Source: a virus (taxonomy: Duplodnaviria > Caudoviricetes). From it: DNA of 64,000 nucleotides. The notes under the pieces are model-generated. The model did not search any database. It was not told the DNA's origin and was given only the letters and a program-made list of their open reading frames with translations. The DNA is taken from IMG/VR virus record IMGVR_UViG_3300025087_000034, one strand, 5' to 3'. Position 1 is the stretch's first letter, and each line of letters begins with the position of its first letter. This document shows positions 19,151-29,109 of this stretch, piece by piece. A program made the translations under genes and the position numbers.

Positions 19151-19316
19151 TTTTGATGTTTCAGTAAGTCATCTTACTGCTTTTTATGATTCTGACGTTA
19201 CGTGTCCTTTTTGTGACAGCACCTATATTTCTTTGTTCGATAATGGGGGGACAGTTGAGTACATTTGCCCCGAGTGTGGAAATGTTTGGGTTGTTCTTGG
19301 TGCTGGTGAGGAATAA
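19128..19316 (+). CDS. small zinc-ribbon protein
   Basis: CPFC...CPECG; GGAGG SD upstream. Confidence 0.6.
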   Translation: MLTKQTIDFDVSVSHLTAFYDSDVTCPFCDSTYISLFDNGGTVEYICPECGNVWVVLGAGEE

Positions 19317-19322
19317 TAGCTC

Positions 19323-20159
19323 GTGGTTGTTAAATCAGGAATATATTGCATTTGTAATTTAATTAATGGGAAAATATACATTGGGTCAACTATAGATTTT
19401 GAGGCGAGATGGCACGAGCACAAAAGGCAACTAAATAAAGGTAGTCATCACTCTTTACATCTACAGAACGCTTGGAACAAATATGGTGAGGGTAACTTCT
19501 ATTTTGGTGTTTTGGAGGACGTAATAGATAAGTGTGAACTTATTACCGTGGAACAGCGTTGGATAGATGAGCTACATCCTGAATATAATATTTGTCCTAC
19601 AGCGGGTAATACTCGTGGGCGGGAAGTTTTAGAGAAAACTAGGCAGAAGATATCTAAGTCTAATAAGGGAAAGCTTTTAGGGGAGAAAAACCCAATGTAT
19701 GGTAGGACAGGTGAGAAACACCCAATGTACGGTTGCACAGGTGAGAAAAACCCAATGTACGGTCGTACAGGTGAAAGTAGCCCAAATTTTGGTAAACCAC
19801 GTCCAGAAGAAACCAAACGGAGGATATCTAAGTCTAATAAGGGAAAGCTTTTAGGGGAGAATCACCCGCTGTTTGGCCGTACAGGAAAGGATAGCCCTAA
19901 TTATGGTAAACATCGTACAGAAGAATACAAGCGTAAGCGGTCTGAGTCCCTAATGGGTAAGAATAACCCTATGTGGGGACGCACAGGGGTGAAGAGCCCA
20001 TGCTATAAACGGGCTAAATGTTGGTCTTACAATGGAAAATCCCAACCGTTGTCCGACTGGTCCAGAGAATATAATATAGACCAAACAACACTAGCTTCTC
20101 GTGTAAAAAAGTTGGGTTGGTCCCTTGAGAGGGCCCTCCTAACACCGGTGAAAAAATGA
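19323..20159 (+). CDS. free-standing GIY-YIG homing endonuclease with NUMOD3-like repeats
   Basis: SGIYCI...KIYIGST...RWHEH...EQRWID...YN; [10 protein letters not shown] repeats. Confidence 0.9.
   Translation: MVVKSGIYCICNLINGKIYIGSTIDFEARWHEHKRQLNKGSHHSLHLQNAWNKYGEGNFYFGVLEDVIDKCELITVEQRWIDELHPEYNICPTAGNTRGREVLEKTRQKISKSNKGKLLGEKNPMYGRTGEKHPMYGCTGEKNPMYGRTGESSPNFGKPRPEETKRRISKSNKGKLLGENHPLFGRTGKDSPNYGKHRTEEYKRKRSESLMGKNNPMWGRTGVKSPCYKRAKCWSYNGKSQPLSDWSREYNIDQTTLASRVKKLGWSLERALLTPVKK
19680..19800 (+). repeat. four 30-bp coding tandem repeats ([10 protein letters not shown]-like)
   Basis: ggtgagaaa(a/c)acccaatgtacgg... units. A ~39-bp direct repeat also lies at 19649-19687 and 19823-19861. 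Confidence 0.85.
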
Positions 20160-20992
20160 CTTTTTATGATGTGTTAGGCGCGTCTAAAGAGGCCTCAGAA
20201 GATGAGATAAAAAAAGCCTATAGAAAGAAAGCTAAGGAAACCCATCCAGATATAAATAAGGATGACCCAGAAGCTGAAGAGAAGTTTAAGAAGGTTTCTG
20301 AGGCTTATGGGGTTTTAGGAGACTCTGAAAAACGACAACAGTATGATTTTTCATTAGAAAACCCTGGTTTTAATGGGGGACCTGGATTTAATTCCTGGAC
20401 TAGTACTAATTTTGATGATATTTTTGGTGCACATTTTGGATTTGGTGCTAGTGGTCCCAGACAAAGACCAAAACCAAATCCTAAGGTAGTAGCTCGTGGG
20501 AAGGATGTAAGAATTAAGTATGACACTACTCTTTACTCAGCAATATTTGGTGGAGAGTTTTCTGGTAGGTTAAAATTTGACTCTGGATGTCCAAATTGTG
20601 CGGGGTATGGCTATCTTAAGTATGATACCCCGTGCAGTACTTGTGGGGGCTCAGGCCAGCAGTTTATATCCCATGGTATGCTTCGTATGAGTCAGCCTTG
20701 CTCTTCTTGTAGAGGCCTTGGGTTGGCTCCTAGTGAACAGTGTCCTGAGTGTTCTGGTTCTGGTAAGTGTAGTAATGAGTTTGAATACTTTGTTACTATT
20801 CCAAGAGGGTTTGTATATTCCAATAATGAAAATGGTGGTGTTATTATAGTAGAAGGTAAGGGGGCACCAGGAATTAACGGCGGGGAAAAAGGAAATTTAA
20901 TAATAATAACAAATATTTTAACCCCAAAAATAAATTTAGAACAGATAACAGAAGAAGAAAAGGAAATACTCAAAAAGTATATAGATAATTAA
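20156..20992 (+). CDS. dnaJ: DnaJ co-chaperone (J domain + zinc finger)
   Basis: HPD motif and four CxxCxGxG repeats. Confidence 0.95.
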   Translation: MTFYDVLGASKEASEDEIKKAYRKKAKETHPDINKDDPEAEEKFKKVSEAYGVLGDSEKRQQYDFSLENPGFNGGPGFNSWTSTNFDDIFGAHFGFGASGPRQRPKPNPKVVARGKDVRIKYDTTLYSAIFGGEFSGRLKFDSGCPNCAGYGYLKYDTPCSTCGGSGQQFISHGMLRMSQPCSSCRGLGLAPSEQCPECSGSGKCSNEFEYFVTIPRGFVYSNNENGGVIIVEGKGAPGINGGEKGNLIIITNILTPKINLEQITEEEKEILKKYIDN

Positions 20993-20996
20993 AAAA

Positions 20997-21473
20997 ATGT
21001 CAAGAATATTAGGATTAGATGTATCTTCATCCAGTACCGGTTGGGCACTTACAATAAATAATAGATTTTATTTAAAAGAAGAATGTTATTATGGTATAAT
21101 AAGTCCAGAAAAGAATTTAACTCTTGCCGAAAAACTAGAATTTTTTAGGGTTAAATTAATAGAAATTTTAGATAAAACTAAACCAGATATAGTAATAATA
21201 GAAGACGTGTTTTTACAGCGTAATGTTAGTACTCTTAAACTATTATCTAGATTTTCTGGTGTGGCTATAGAAGCAGTAAAATCTAATTCAAAAATAGAAC
21301 CACAACTTCAAACAGTAAAAAAAATACGTTCCAAAGTAGGAACACAAGACAAAAAATCAACATATACATTTGTTGTAGAAAGGTTCAAGCTTCCGTGGAA
21401 AAAAGAAGACTTTAATAAGCGTAATGATATAACTGACGCACTGGCTCTGTGCTTGTTTGTAACTACAAAATAG
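20997..21473 (+). CDS. ruvC: RuvC-like Holliday junction resolvase
   Basis: ILGLDVSSSSTGW, VIIEDVF, DITDALAL. Confidence 0.85.
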   Translation: MSRILGLDVSSSSTGWALTINNRFYLKEECYYGIISPEKNLTLAEKLEFFRVKLIEILDKTKPDIVIIEDVFLQRNVSTLKLLSRFSGVAIEAVKSNSKIEPQLQTVKKIRSKVGTQDKKSTYTFVVERFKLPWKKEDFNKRNDITDALALCLFVTTK

Positions 21474-21484
21474 GAGTTTAAAAA

Positions 21485-22663
21485 ATGCAAAATCGATCTG
21501 TGTCTGCTACCGCCATGAAATTGTTTCTCCAATGTTTACAAAAGTTTTATTTTAAGTATTATTCAGATAAAGCTCCCCTAGTCTCTAGGGATTCTATGGC
21601 TTTTGGGTCAGCAGTTCACGAAGCCCTGGAACAGATGTATAAAAGACTAGGAAACCAAGGAAGGCTTCCTAATCAGGATGACTACGATTACGTAATAGAT
21701 GTTTTTATGAAATCGGCAGTTCAAAATCACCTTTCGGACCAATCTCTCTATGATGAAGGTCGGTTGATGTTGAAGAGCCGGTTGGACAAGTTTGATCCTA
21801 GCGAAAAAGTAATTGGTTTGGAGGTAATCTTTGGTAGACCTTATGAGAATCCTGAGGTACCTGTCTCTACCAAAAAAGGTACCCCACTTTTGGGAGCCAT
21901 AGATAAACTTATAGAATTAGATAAAGATACTATAGTAATATTGGATTATAAAACTAGTCGTATGGCATTTACCCAAGAGGAAGCCGATCATGACGAGCAG
22001 CTTTCCCTGTATGATTTGGTGGTTAGTATCCTGTACCCCCAATACAAAAATAGGATACTTGTTCTAGATTATTTACGATTAGAGCCTGTTATTACACATA
22101 GAACCTCGGTACAGAGAGTTTCGTTTGAAAGTCAGTTAGATTGCATCTATGAGGAAATTAAACAGCTATCATTTGAGAAGGTTAAGCCTTCTATTAATGA
22201 GTTCTGTGGGTGGTGTGAGTATAAGAATTATTGTGCTGCTTTCCAGAAGGTAGTATCTGACCCCGACTTATTAATAAAGCCTTATGGTGTGTGCTCTGAT
22301 CAGGAGCTTATAGAAGAATGGGAAAACTTCGGCAAGATAAAACGAATCATAGACTCTCACGATAGGGATTTAAAAATGCATATTTCAAAGACTGCCATGG
22401 ATAGAGATTCTTCCGGTATTTCTGGTGACGAAAAAGAACTGTACAGAGTCCAAAACAGTCGTGTGTCATACAATACGCAGGCTGTAGCTAAAGTTATCCC
22501 GCTAGAAGACTGTTTGCAGTTCTTTTCCGTAAATACTAAGGGTTTAGAGCGGTTTTTAGTGGATCACCCAGAGTATTCAGAGGAAGTCTTAAATAGTGCC
22601 GAAGTTTCTTTTAACAATTCCTTTTTTAAGTTGAGGGGAAAAAGGACTTCTTCGAGAAAGTAA
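21485..22663 (+). CDS. PD-(D/E)XK (RecB/AddB/Cas4-like) exonuclease
   Basis: FGSAVHEALE, GAIDKL...ILDYKT, QLSLY, CGWCEYKNYC plus an N-terminal Cys (Fe-S-type set). Confidence 0.85.
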   Translation: MQNRSVSATAMKLFLQCLQKFYFKYYSDKAPLVSRDSMAFGSAVHEALEQMYKRLGNQGRLPNQDDYDYVIDVFMKSAVQNHLSDQSLYDEGRLMLKSRLDKFDPSEKVIGLEVIFGRPYENPEVPVSTKKGTPLLGAIDKLIELDKDTIVILDYKTSRMAFTQEEADHDEQLSLYDLVVSILYPQYKNRILVLDYLRLEPVITHRTSVQRVSFESQLDCIYEEIKQLSFEKVKPSINEFCGWCEYKNYCAAFQKVVSDPDLLIKPYGVCSDQELIEEWENFGKIKRIIDSHDRDLKMHISKTAMDRDSSGISGDEKELYRVQNSRVSYNTQAVAKVIPLEDCLQFFSVNTKGLERFLVDHPEYSEEVLNSAEVSFNNSFFKLRGKRTSSRK

Positions 22664-22665
22664 AA

Positions 22666-22860
22666 ATGGTTGAAAAGAAAGAAAAAAAATATCAAATATA
22701 TAAAGAAGGTGTGTTTGTCGGACTTCAACTTCTAGATGGGACAAAGGTTTTTGGTATAATTGATACTTTTGACAATTACTTCTTATATATAGACGATGGA
22801 ATAACTATCATTGATGTACCACGGGACATAGTGAGAAGAATTTTTGCGGTTGTAAAGTAA
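22666..22860 (+). CDS. Sm/Hfq-like small protein
   Basis: VGLQLLDGTKVFGIIDTFDNYFLYI matches the Hfq Sm1 pattern (V.v.L.nG.kl.G.I..FD.f.ill). Confidence 0.55.
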   Translation: MVEKKEKKYQIYKEGVFVGLQLLDGTKVFGIIDTFDNYFLYIDDGITIIDVPRDIVRRIFAVVK

Positions 22861-23606
22861 TGATTACAAAATCTGGTATATACTGTATTTGTAATTTAGT
22901 TAATGGAAAAATATACATAGGACAGACGGCTGATTTTAAGCTAAGGTGGAGAAGCCATATTAAAAGGTTTAATAGAGGTTCTAGGAGTGCAAACCCACAC
23001 CTTCTTAGCGCGTGGAGAAAGTATGGCCCAGAAGCTTTTGTTTTTGAGGTTATAGAATATGTTCCTAAAGATAAAGAACTCCTTAAAGAACGGGAACAGT
23101 ATTGGATGGACTATTTGAATGTGACCGACTCGGAGGTGGGATATAATATATCTCCCACGTCCGGGTCATCTTTGGGAGTTAAGTATACAGAGGAACAAAA
23201 GCAGAAAATGTCTGGTGAAAACAGCGTTGGGTATCAACATGCTAAGTGCTGGGAATACAATGGAAAATCCCTGCCTTTGTCTGTTTGGGCGAAAGAGTAC
23301 AATATGAGCCAAACAACCCTTGCCTCCCGAGTAAAAGAGATGGGCTGGCCGCTTGAAAGGGCCTTAGCCACGACGGTAAAAAGTGACATGTTTGGTGAAA
23401 ATAACAATATGTTTGGTCACAAAGGTGAAAAAAGTCCTGGTTATAAACATGCTAAGCGCTATGACTATGATGGAAAATTACAGACTCTGTCCGATTGGGC
23501 TAAAGAGTATGGTATAAATCAAACTACATTGAGTTCTAGGATAAAGAAATTAGGGATGTCTATTGAAAGAGCCCTAACAACCCCTGTAAAGTCTAGAAAG
23601 AAATAA
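22860..23606 (+). CDS. second GIY-YIG homing endonuclease
   Basis: SGIYCI...KIYIGQT...REQYWMD...GYN; two copies of a C-terminal 'YNGK..pLS.WakEY...tTL.SR' domain shared with 19323-20159. Confidence 0.9.
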   Translation: MITKSGIYCICNLVNGKIYIGQTADFKLRWRSHIKRFNRGSRSANPHLLSAWRKYGPEAFVFEVIEYVPKDKELLKEREQYWMDYLNVTDSEVGYNISPTSGSSLGVKYTEEQKQKMSGENSVGYQHAKCWEYNGKSLPLSVWAKEYNMSQTTLASRVKEMGWPLERALATTVKSDMFGENNNMFGHKGEKSPGYKHAKRYDYDGKLQTLSDWAKEYGINQTTLSSRIKKLGMSIERALTTPVKSRKK

Positions 23607-23656
23607 TCTTTTGGTTGTTGTTTTTTGTATACAATATTTTCATAAAAAGGAGATTT

Positions 23657-24946
23657 ATGGTGGAACAAAAGAAAGATAAAATAAAGATGCTAGTATACGC
23701 TGACTCTGTGACCGCATCTACAGGTTTTGGGGTCGTTATGAAAAATATATTGTTGCCTTTGCATAACACAGGCAAGTATGAAATAACCATGCTTGGCATA
23801 AATTACTGGGGAACCCCACACCAGGCCCCGTTTGAAATCTGGCCTGTGGGTGTGGAGTCCATGTTTAGTGGGGACAAGGATCCGTATGGACGGTTGTTTG
23901 TCCAAAGAAAAATAGCAGAATCTGAATTTGATATTTTATTTATGTTGCAAGATTCATTTATCCTTGAGTTTGTAAAGGATTTTCTTCCAAAGTTAAGGCA
24001 GAAGGGAAAAAAGTTTACTTCCGTTATATATTTTCCTATAGATGGAATCCCTAAGAAAAGTTGGATTGAAGCTATGAATGTAGCTGACATTCCCGTCACG
24101 TATACTGAATTTGCGAAAAATGAGTGTATAAAGATTATTCCGTCTATGGAGAAAAGACTTAGAATAATTCCTCATGGTGCTAATATGGCAGATTTTTATC
24201 CATTATCTTATAGGGAAAACTATGAGTTTAAGAAGGCTTATTATAGACATTTGGCTGACCGATTTATAGTTTTAAACGTAAACCGCAATCAGCAGAGAAA
24301 AGACATATTTCGCACAATGCTTGCGTTTAGAGAATTTCATAGGAAGTATCCTGATACACTTTTGAATCTGCACCTTGCGGTAAAGGATCAGGGTGGTGAT
24401 ATTCTGGCAGTAGCGGATTCTCTGGGTTTAGTGCCAAATGTCGATTTTATTTTTCCGTATAATTTTTCTCCTTCTACTGGTTTTCCTGTAGACGTGCTAA
24501 ATAGGATTTATAATTCTGCTGACGTAGTGATTAGCACATCTAAAGGAGAGGGCTGGGGGTTGGCTCAGGTAGAAGCGATGGCCTGCAAAACTTTAGTAAT
24601 TTCCCCAAATAATACGGCTTGTACGGAAATAGTAGGTGAAGACAGGGGATTATTAGTAAAAAGTGGTCATGATATTGACCATCTTGAAATTATGATGTAT
24701 GACAACGAAGTTCTTCGTCCTGTGGTTAATGTCCAAGACTTAGTAGATAAGTTAGAATTAGCTTATAATGATGAAGTATTAAGAATGAAGCTAGCAGAGA
24801 ATGGATATAACTGGGTTAGAAACACACTTGTGTGGGAAAATAATATAGTTCCCTTGTGGGAGGTCATATTTGAAGAGGCTATGGAGATGAAGAATAAGGG
24901 GCATGTTGTTGAAAGTGATGGTTTCGGTGAGGTAGAGGAGGTTTAG
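23657..24946 (+). CDS. glycosyltransferase, GT4 (GT-B)
   Basis: ATG 23657 after AAGGAG; STGFGVV, NVNRNQQRKD, EGWGLAQVEAMAC. Confidence 0.88.
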   Translation: MVEQKKDKIKMLVYADSVTASTGFGVVMKNILLPLHNTGKYEITMLGINYWGTPHQAPFEIWPVGVESMFSGDKDPYGRLFVQRKIAESEFDILFMLQDSFILEFVKDFLPKLRQKGKKFTSVIYFPIDGIPKKSWIEAMNVADIPVTYTEFAKNECIKIIPSMEKRLRIIPHGANMADFYPLSYRENYEFKKAYYRHLADRFIVLNVNRNQQRKDIFRTMLAFREFHRKYPDTLLNLHLAVKDQGGDILAVADSLGLVPNVDFIFPYNFSPSTGFPVDVLNRIYNSADVVISTSKGEGWGLAQVEAMACKTLVISPNNTACTEIVGEDRGLLVKSGHDIDHLEIMMYDNEVLRPVVNVQDLVDKLELAYNDEVLRMKLAENGYNWVRNTLVWENNIVPLWEVIFEEAMEMKNKGHVVESDGFGEVEEV

Positions 24947-24948
24947 TT

Positions 24949-26070
24949 ATGCGAGGTATAAAGGTCATAGGCCCATATAATGATGCTTCTGGTTATGCCC
25001 AGGCATTTAGAGACAACGTTTTGTCTTTATATAAACTAGGTTTTGATATTACTATACAACCTAGGAATTTTGAACCAAACCCCCCACCGGTTTCAAATAA
25101 AGAACACGCAGCTATATTGGATAAACTTGTTGGAAGAAATATTAAGTATGATATAACCTTCCAACAGCTCACCCCAGACTTGTGGCGTGACCATGTGGAG
25201 CCTGACAAGTATAATATAGGTTTTATGGCTTGGGAGACTTCTTTGCTCCCGCCAAAATTTGTTCATTCTTGTTCTTCTGTACAAGAAATTTGGGTTCCCA
25301 GTGATTATAATGTAAGTGTACTAAGGTCTTGTGGGGTTGAAGTTCCAATAACAAAAATACCACATAGTATAGACCCAAATTTGTTTAGTTCAATAGACTG
25401 TGGAGAGTATAGCCTAAAAGGTTTGTCAAATAACACATATAAGTTTTATAGTATTTTTCAATGGATCGAACGAAAAAATCCTATGGGTCTTGTACGTTCA
25501 TATTTTAATGCTTTTGATGACAGCGATGATGTTGTTCTTATATTAAAGACGTATCGTACTGGTATGGGACGTGATAAAGATTTTATTAGAGAAAAGATAG
25601 TGGAAATCAAAAGGGATATGAACATAGGGGCATATCCTAGGGTAGTGCTTATTGGGGACATGCTTAGTAAAAATCAGGTGTTAGGATTACATAAGTATTG
25701 TGATAGTTATGTATGTTTGCACCGGGGTGAGGGGTTCGGCCTTCCTCTGTTCGAGGCCGGGCTAGTCGGTAACCCTGTAATCGGTACTGGTTATGGTGGG
25801 AACACAGAGTTCATGAAAGAAGACAACAGCTATTTAGTAGAGTATCAAATGACGTATGTTTCTGGTATGAGTTCATTTAATCCTTGGTACTTAGGAAGCG
25901 GACAATGGGCAGAACCTAATTTGATTGACGCAAGTGAGAAAATGAATTATGTATTTAATAATAGAATAGAAGCTAGAGAGACAGGAAGGAGACTTCAAGA
26001 TTATATAGCTAGTAATTTTTCTACAGAAGCAGTTTCTAAGTTAATGTTTGATAGGTTATCAAAACTATAA
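24949..26070 (+). CDS. glycosyltransferase, GT4 (GT-B)
   Basis: ASGYAQA, WETSLLP, RKNPMGL, HRGEGFGLPLFEAG. Confidence 0.88.
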   Translation: MRGIKVIGPYNDASGYAQAFRDNVLSLYKLGFDITIQPRNFEPNPPPVSNKEHAAILDKLVGRNIKYDITFQQLTPDLWRDHVEPDKYNIGFMAWETSLLPPKFVHSCSSVQEIWVPSDYNVSVLRSCGVEVPITKIPHSIDPNLFSSIDCGEYSLKGLSNNTYKFYSIFQWIERKNPMGLVRSYFNAFDDSDDVVLILKTYRTGMGRDKDFIREKIVEIKRDMNIGAYPRVVLIGDMLSKNQVLGLHKYCDSYVCLHRGEGFGLPLFEAGLVGNPVIGTGYGGNTEFMKEDNSYLVEYQMTYVSGMSSFNPWYLGSGQWAEPNLIDASEKMNYVFNNRIEARETGRRLQDYIASNFSTEAVSKLMFDRLSKL

Positions 26071-26086
26071 CTTTTTGGGGGTTTTT

Positions 26087-26920
26087 ATGTTGCTGCGCGA
26101 AAAAATTATCTCATTGATTTACAGGGAAATTCTTGGTAGGGATGTAGACGATATTGGTTTGGGTATATATATGAGGTCTAGCGTTCCTATAGAGGTTGTA
26201 TATAGTGAGGTTTATAATTCCGATGAAGCAATGGAGTATAGGGATAGGATGGAGGAAGAGAGGTTTTTAAAGCAGGCGAATATTAAGTTGCCATTAACCT
26301 TAGCAATGTTTGTTAAGGACGTAGAAGACAGTGTAGAAATGGCTATAAGAAGTGTTTTACCTATAGTTAGTGAGGTTGTTATTACAGATACTGGTTCCTC
26401 TGATAGAACTATAGAGGTGTGTAAGGACCTGGGGGCTCGTGTCTATAGTGTGGGGTTTTCTGACTTTGGTAGCATAAGAACGGTGTCTGGTCATTTAAGT
26501 AGGCAGCCCTGGGTTCTTGGTTTGGACGCCGACGAGGTTGTTCTTTCTGAAGACCTTCCAAAATTTAAGGATTTAATAGAGAATAGTAATGTAGATGCCT
26601 GGGGTTTGCCAAGAAAACGATGGGCCGATTTGGAAATGCTAGTACAGGTAGAGCCGGAGGCATACCCGGATTTTCAATATAGGCTATTTCGTAATGATTT
26701 AAATATTATTTATGTTAGACGAATACACGAAATAATTAAAGGAACTGATAAAAAAGTGGAGGCGCTTGACGGTCCTTGTATACAGCACTTTCAAGATGTT
26801 TTTAAGTTCGGAGAAAAATTAAAATCAAGAAATTTACTTTATAAGAATTTGTATGATAAAGATATTTGTGATGGTGTGGGGCACGAGGGTTTAGCCGTAC
26901 AACCCATTGACGAGGTGTGA
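26087..26920 (+). CDS. GT2 glycosyltransferase with N-terminal DUF4214-like module
   Basis: IYREILGRDVDDIGL N-domain; DTGSSDRT, FSDFG..R, WVLGLDADE, RIHE. Confidence 0.85.
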   Translation: MLLREKIISLIYREILGRDVDDIGLGIYMRSSVPIEVVYSEVYNSDEAMEYRDRMEEERFLKQANIKLPLTLAMFVKDVEDSVEMAIRSVLPIVSEVVITDTGSSDRTIEVCKDLGARVYSVGFSDFGSIRTVSGHLSRQPWVLGLDADEVVLSEDLPKFKDLIENSNVDAWGLPRKRWADLEMLVQVEPEAYPDFQYRLFRNDLNIIYVRRIHEIIKGTDKKVEALDGPCIQHFQDVFKFGEKLKSRNLLYKNLYDKDICDGVGHEGLAVQPIDEV

Positions 26921-27729
26921 TTTTGTATATTAGTGTTCCAATAATTCTACGTAACATCGTAAGGCTTAATTACCCTGTGGAAATGGTAGTTGGTAGTGTT
27001 GCGGGCTTGGCTAATGAGGTTGTTTTGTGCGTCGACCCTTCCTCGGAGGACTCGACTGTTAAGTTGTGTGAGGAGATGTCTTTAAGGTCGAAGCTCGGTG
27101 GAATAAAGACAGATATACGTGTAGTATATAGTAAATGGGATTTAAAAAACATAACTGATACAGGATATGAATTTGCTAAACAAACAAATATAGCAATAGA
27201 TTACTGTATTGGGGACTGGGTGCTTCTTTTACAGGCCGATGAAGCAATTCACGAACAAGATTTTGATAAGATACTTGACGCAATTGATTATGCAAACGAT
27301 AATAATATAGATGGGTATGAAATGACACGTCTGTATTTTTATGGTAGTATGGATGTCATACGAGACGATTGGACAGTTCCTATTATAAGATTATTTAAGA
27401 AGGGGTCTAGAAAATCGTGTGGGGACGCTATGAATACCTTAGGTAAGGGAAGGGTTGAAAGACTTAATGTTCCAATATATCATTATTCACGTATAGGGGA
27501 TCCTGAAATTATATCTAAACGTATATTATCTTTGGATAAATTTTTTCACCGCGCGGAAAAATTAAAGGACGAAAAAGAACTTAAACCATACTCATTTGAC
27601 ACATATAACTTTGATTGTCAACATAAAGACAATATAGACATAGGAAGAAAAAAAGTAGAACAATCATTTAGTACATTTACAGGCACACACCCAAAAATAT
27701 TCGTTGGGTATACTGGGGAGGGTTTTTAG
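26917..27729 (+). CDS. GT2 glycosyltransferase
   Basis: VDPSSEDST, GDWVLLLQADEAIHE, IYHY. Confidence 0.85.
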   Translation: MILYISVPIILRNIVRLNYPVEMVVGSVAGLANEVVLCVDPSSEDSTVKLCEEMSLRSKLGGIKTDIRVVYSKWDLKNITDTGYEFAKQTNIAIDYCIGDWVLLLQADEAIHEQDFDKILDAIDYANDNNIDGYEMTRLYFYGSMDVIRDDWTVPIIRLFKKGSRKSCGDAMNTLGKGRVERLNVPIYHYSRIGDPEIISKRILSLDKFFHRAEKLKDEKELKPYSFDTYNFDCQHKDNIDIGRKKVEQSFSTFTGTHPKIFVGYTGEGF

Positions 27730-27732
27730 TTC

Positions 27733-28371
27733 ATGATATTAGAAATGTCTTCCTGGGCCAAACTAAATATAAAAGAACCTGCCCCTTTATATGAAGTTCC
27801 AGGAATTAATTCTATAGAACCTATTGATGTATATAATTTTCGTTATTCTCGTCCGTATACTGAATTAAGTAAACCAGAACTAGAGGACCCACACAGGCAG
27901 TATTTGGATGTTTTGTGTAATTTGGACAGGGGAAGCTCTCTTTTAATTTTTGGCTCTGGTCACAGTTTTAATATGAACATCTTTTATGATTATGGGAGGT
28001 TTTCTAGGCTTGTAGCTGTAGATTTTTCCGCGGCGGCAAAAATAGGTCTTTACAAAGAAATAGAATTTTACGATAATAATATACTAGAAGGTGACTTACC
28101 TGTTGTTTGTGACTATGTTTTTTCAGCTCATACTATAGAGCATTTTTATAAGAAAGAATTATTTGATATTGTTTTACCTAGATTGTTTAAGGCTGCTAGA
28201 AGGGGTGTAGTGATATTAGTACCGTACGGTACTAATTGGGCCGGGGAACCTTACCATAAGTGTCAGTTTTATGAAAATGATGAATTTGCATCGTTGTTTG
28301 ATAAATACAGGATTGTAAGAAAGGGTTCAGAAATTATATTTTTTAAAGGGGAAACTGACCATGGATTTTAG
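27733..28371 (+). CDS. class I SAM-dependent methyltransferase
   Basis: LLIFGSGHS (motif I variant), VAVDFS, DYVFSAHTIEHF. Confidence 0.7.
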   Translation: MILEMSSWAKLNIKEPAPLYEVPGINSIEPIDVYNFRYSRPYTELSKPELEDPHRQYLDVLCNLDRGSSLLIFGSGHSFNMNIFYDYGRFSRLVAVDFSAAAKIGLYKEIEFYDNNILEGDLPVVCDYVFSAHTIEHFYKKELFDIVLPRLFKAARRGVVILVPYGTNWAGEPYHKCQFYENDEFASLFDKYRIVRKGSEIIFFKGETDHGF

Positions 28372-28915
28372 TGGACTAAACACTGTTAAACAGGTATGTG
28401 AAAAAATAGGGCAGGTTATGCGTCCTTGTCCCGTATGTGTAGAAACAGGTACAATGTATGCTATTTCAGAAGAAAATCTAGTACACACAACTACCAACAA
28501 TATATTAAAGCATATATGCAGGCCTAATGGCGGTAAATTATTTTCTTTAGATATAGATAAAGAACATCAATACATTGCTAGGTCTGTGTGCTGCGGAGAT
28601 GATTGTGTATATGTTCTTGGTGATAGTATTGTTTCTTTGGGTCTCTTAAATTTTGAATTATCTTCTAAGGATTGTCCTATTGATGTTTTATGGTTAGATT
28701 CTAAGGAATTTGATATTGCACACACTGTTAATGAGTATAATGCTATCAAAGGGTGTTTAAATAAGAAGGGACATTTTGTTATGGTTGATGATATACACAA
28801 TGCTAATTCTGTTAAATATAAAGAAATAGTTCCTATTTTAAAGGGGGCCGGTTATTTTTGGGTAGAAGTCCTAACACCCACAGGGCTTTTTGTTTCGTGG
28901 GTTGGCTATGCCTAG
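28361..28915 (+). CDS. class I SAM-dependent methyltransferase (Methyltransf_24-like)
   Basis: VETGT, FSLDID, GDS, IDVLWLDS, VMVDD. Confidence 0.7.
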   Translation: MDFSGLNTVKQVCEKIGQVMRPCPVCVETGTMYAISEENLVHTTTNNILKHICRPNGGKLFSLDIDKEHQYIARSVCCGDDCVYVLGDSIVSLGLLNFELSSKDCPIDVLWLDSKEFDIAHTVNEYNAIKGCLNKKGHFVMVDDIHNANSVKYKEIVPILKGAGYFWVEVLTPTGLFVSWVGYA

Positions 28916-29052
28916 GTTGGTCGTTTTAAGTAATCCTAGGTCTGGTACATCTTTATTAACACATTTATAGTCATCTTACAGGGCCGTAAAACCCATCCCT
29001 TTAGGGGTGGGATATAAGGCCTTCTTGATTTTTAGAAAGATTAAAATAATAG

Positions 29053-29081
29053 TTGACCTTTTTAGCCTCGCAACCTATTAT
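29053..29081 (+). promoter_or_regulatory. tnpB promoter
   Basis: TTGACC-17 nt-TATTAT inside the element left end. Confidence 0.65.
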
Positions 29082-29109
29082 TATAATAAGTCCCAGGGAG
29101 GGACTTTCA

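Noticed and set aside
19680-19800. CRISPR-like array (also considered for the 183-bp repeats at 59005-59915)
   Set aside because: These are in-frame coding repeats with no unique spacers. No CRISPR array or cas operon was seen; 21485-22663 is only Cas4-like in fold.
28968-28970. In-frame TAG in the sulfotransferase suggesting stop-codon recoding (code 15)
   Set aside because: The TAG is created by the IS junction (T|AG). Long genes are intact in code 11 and many end in TAG.
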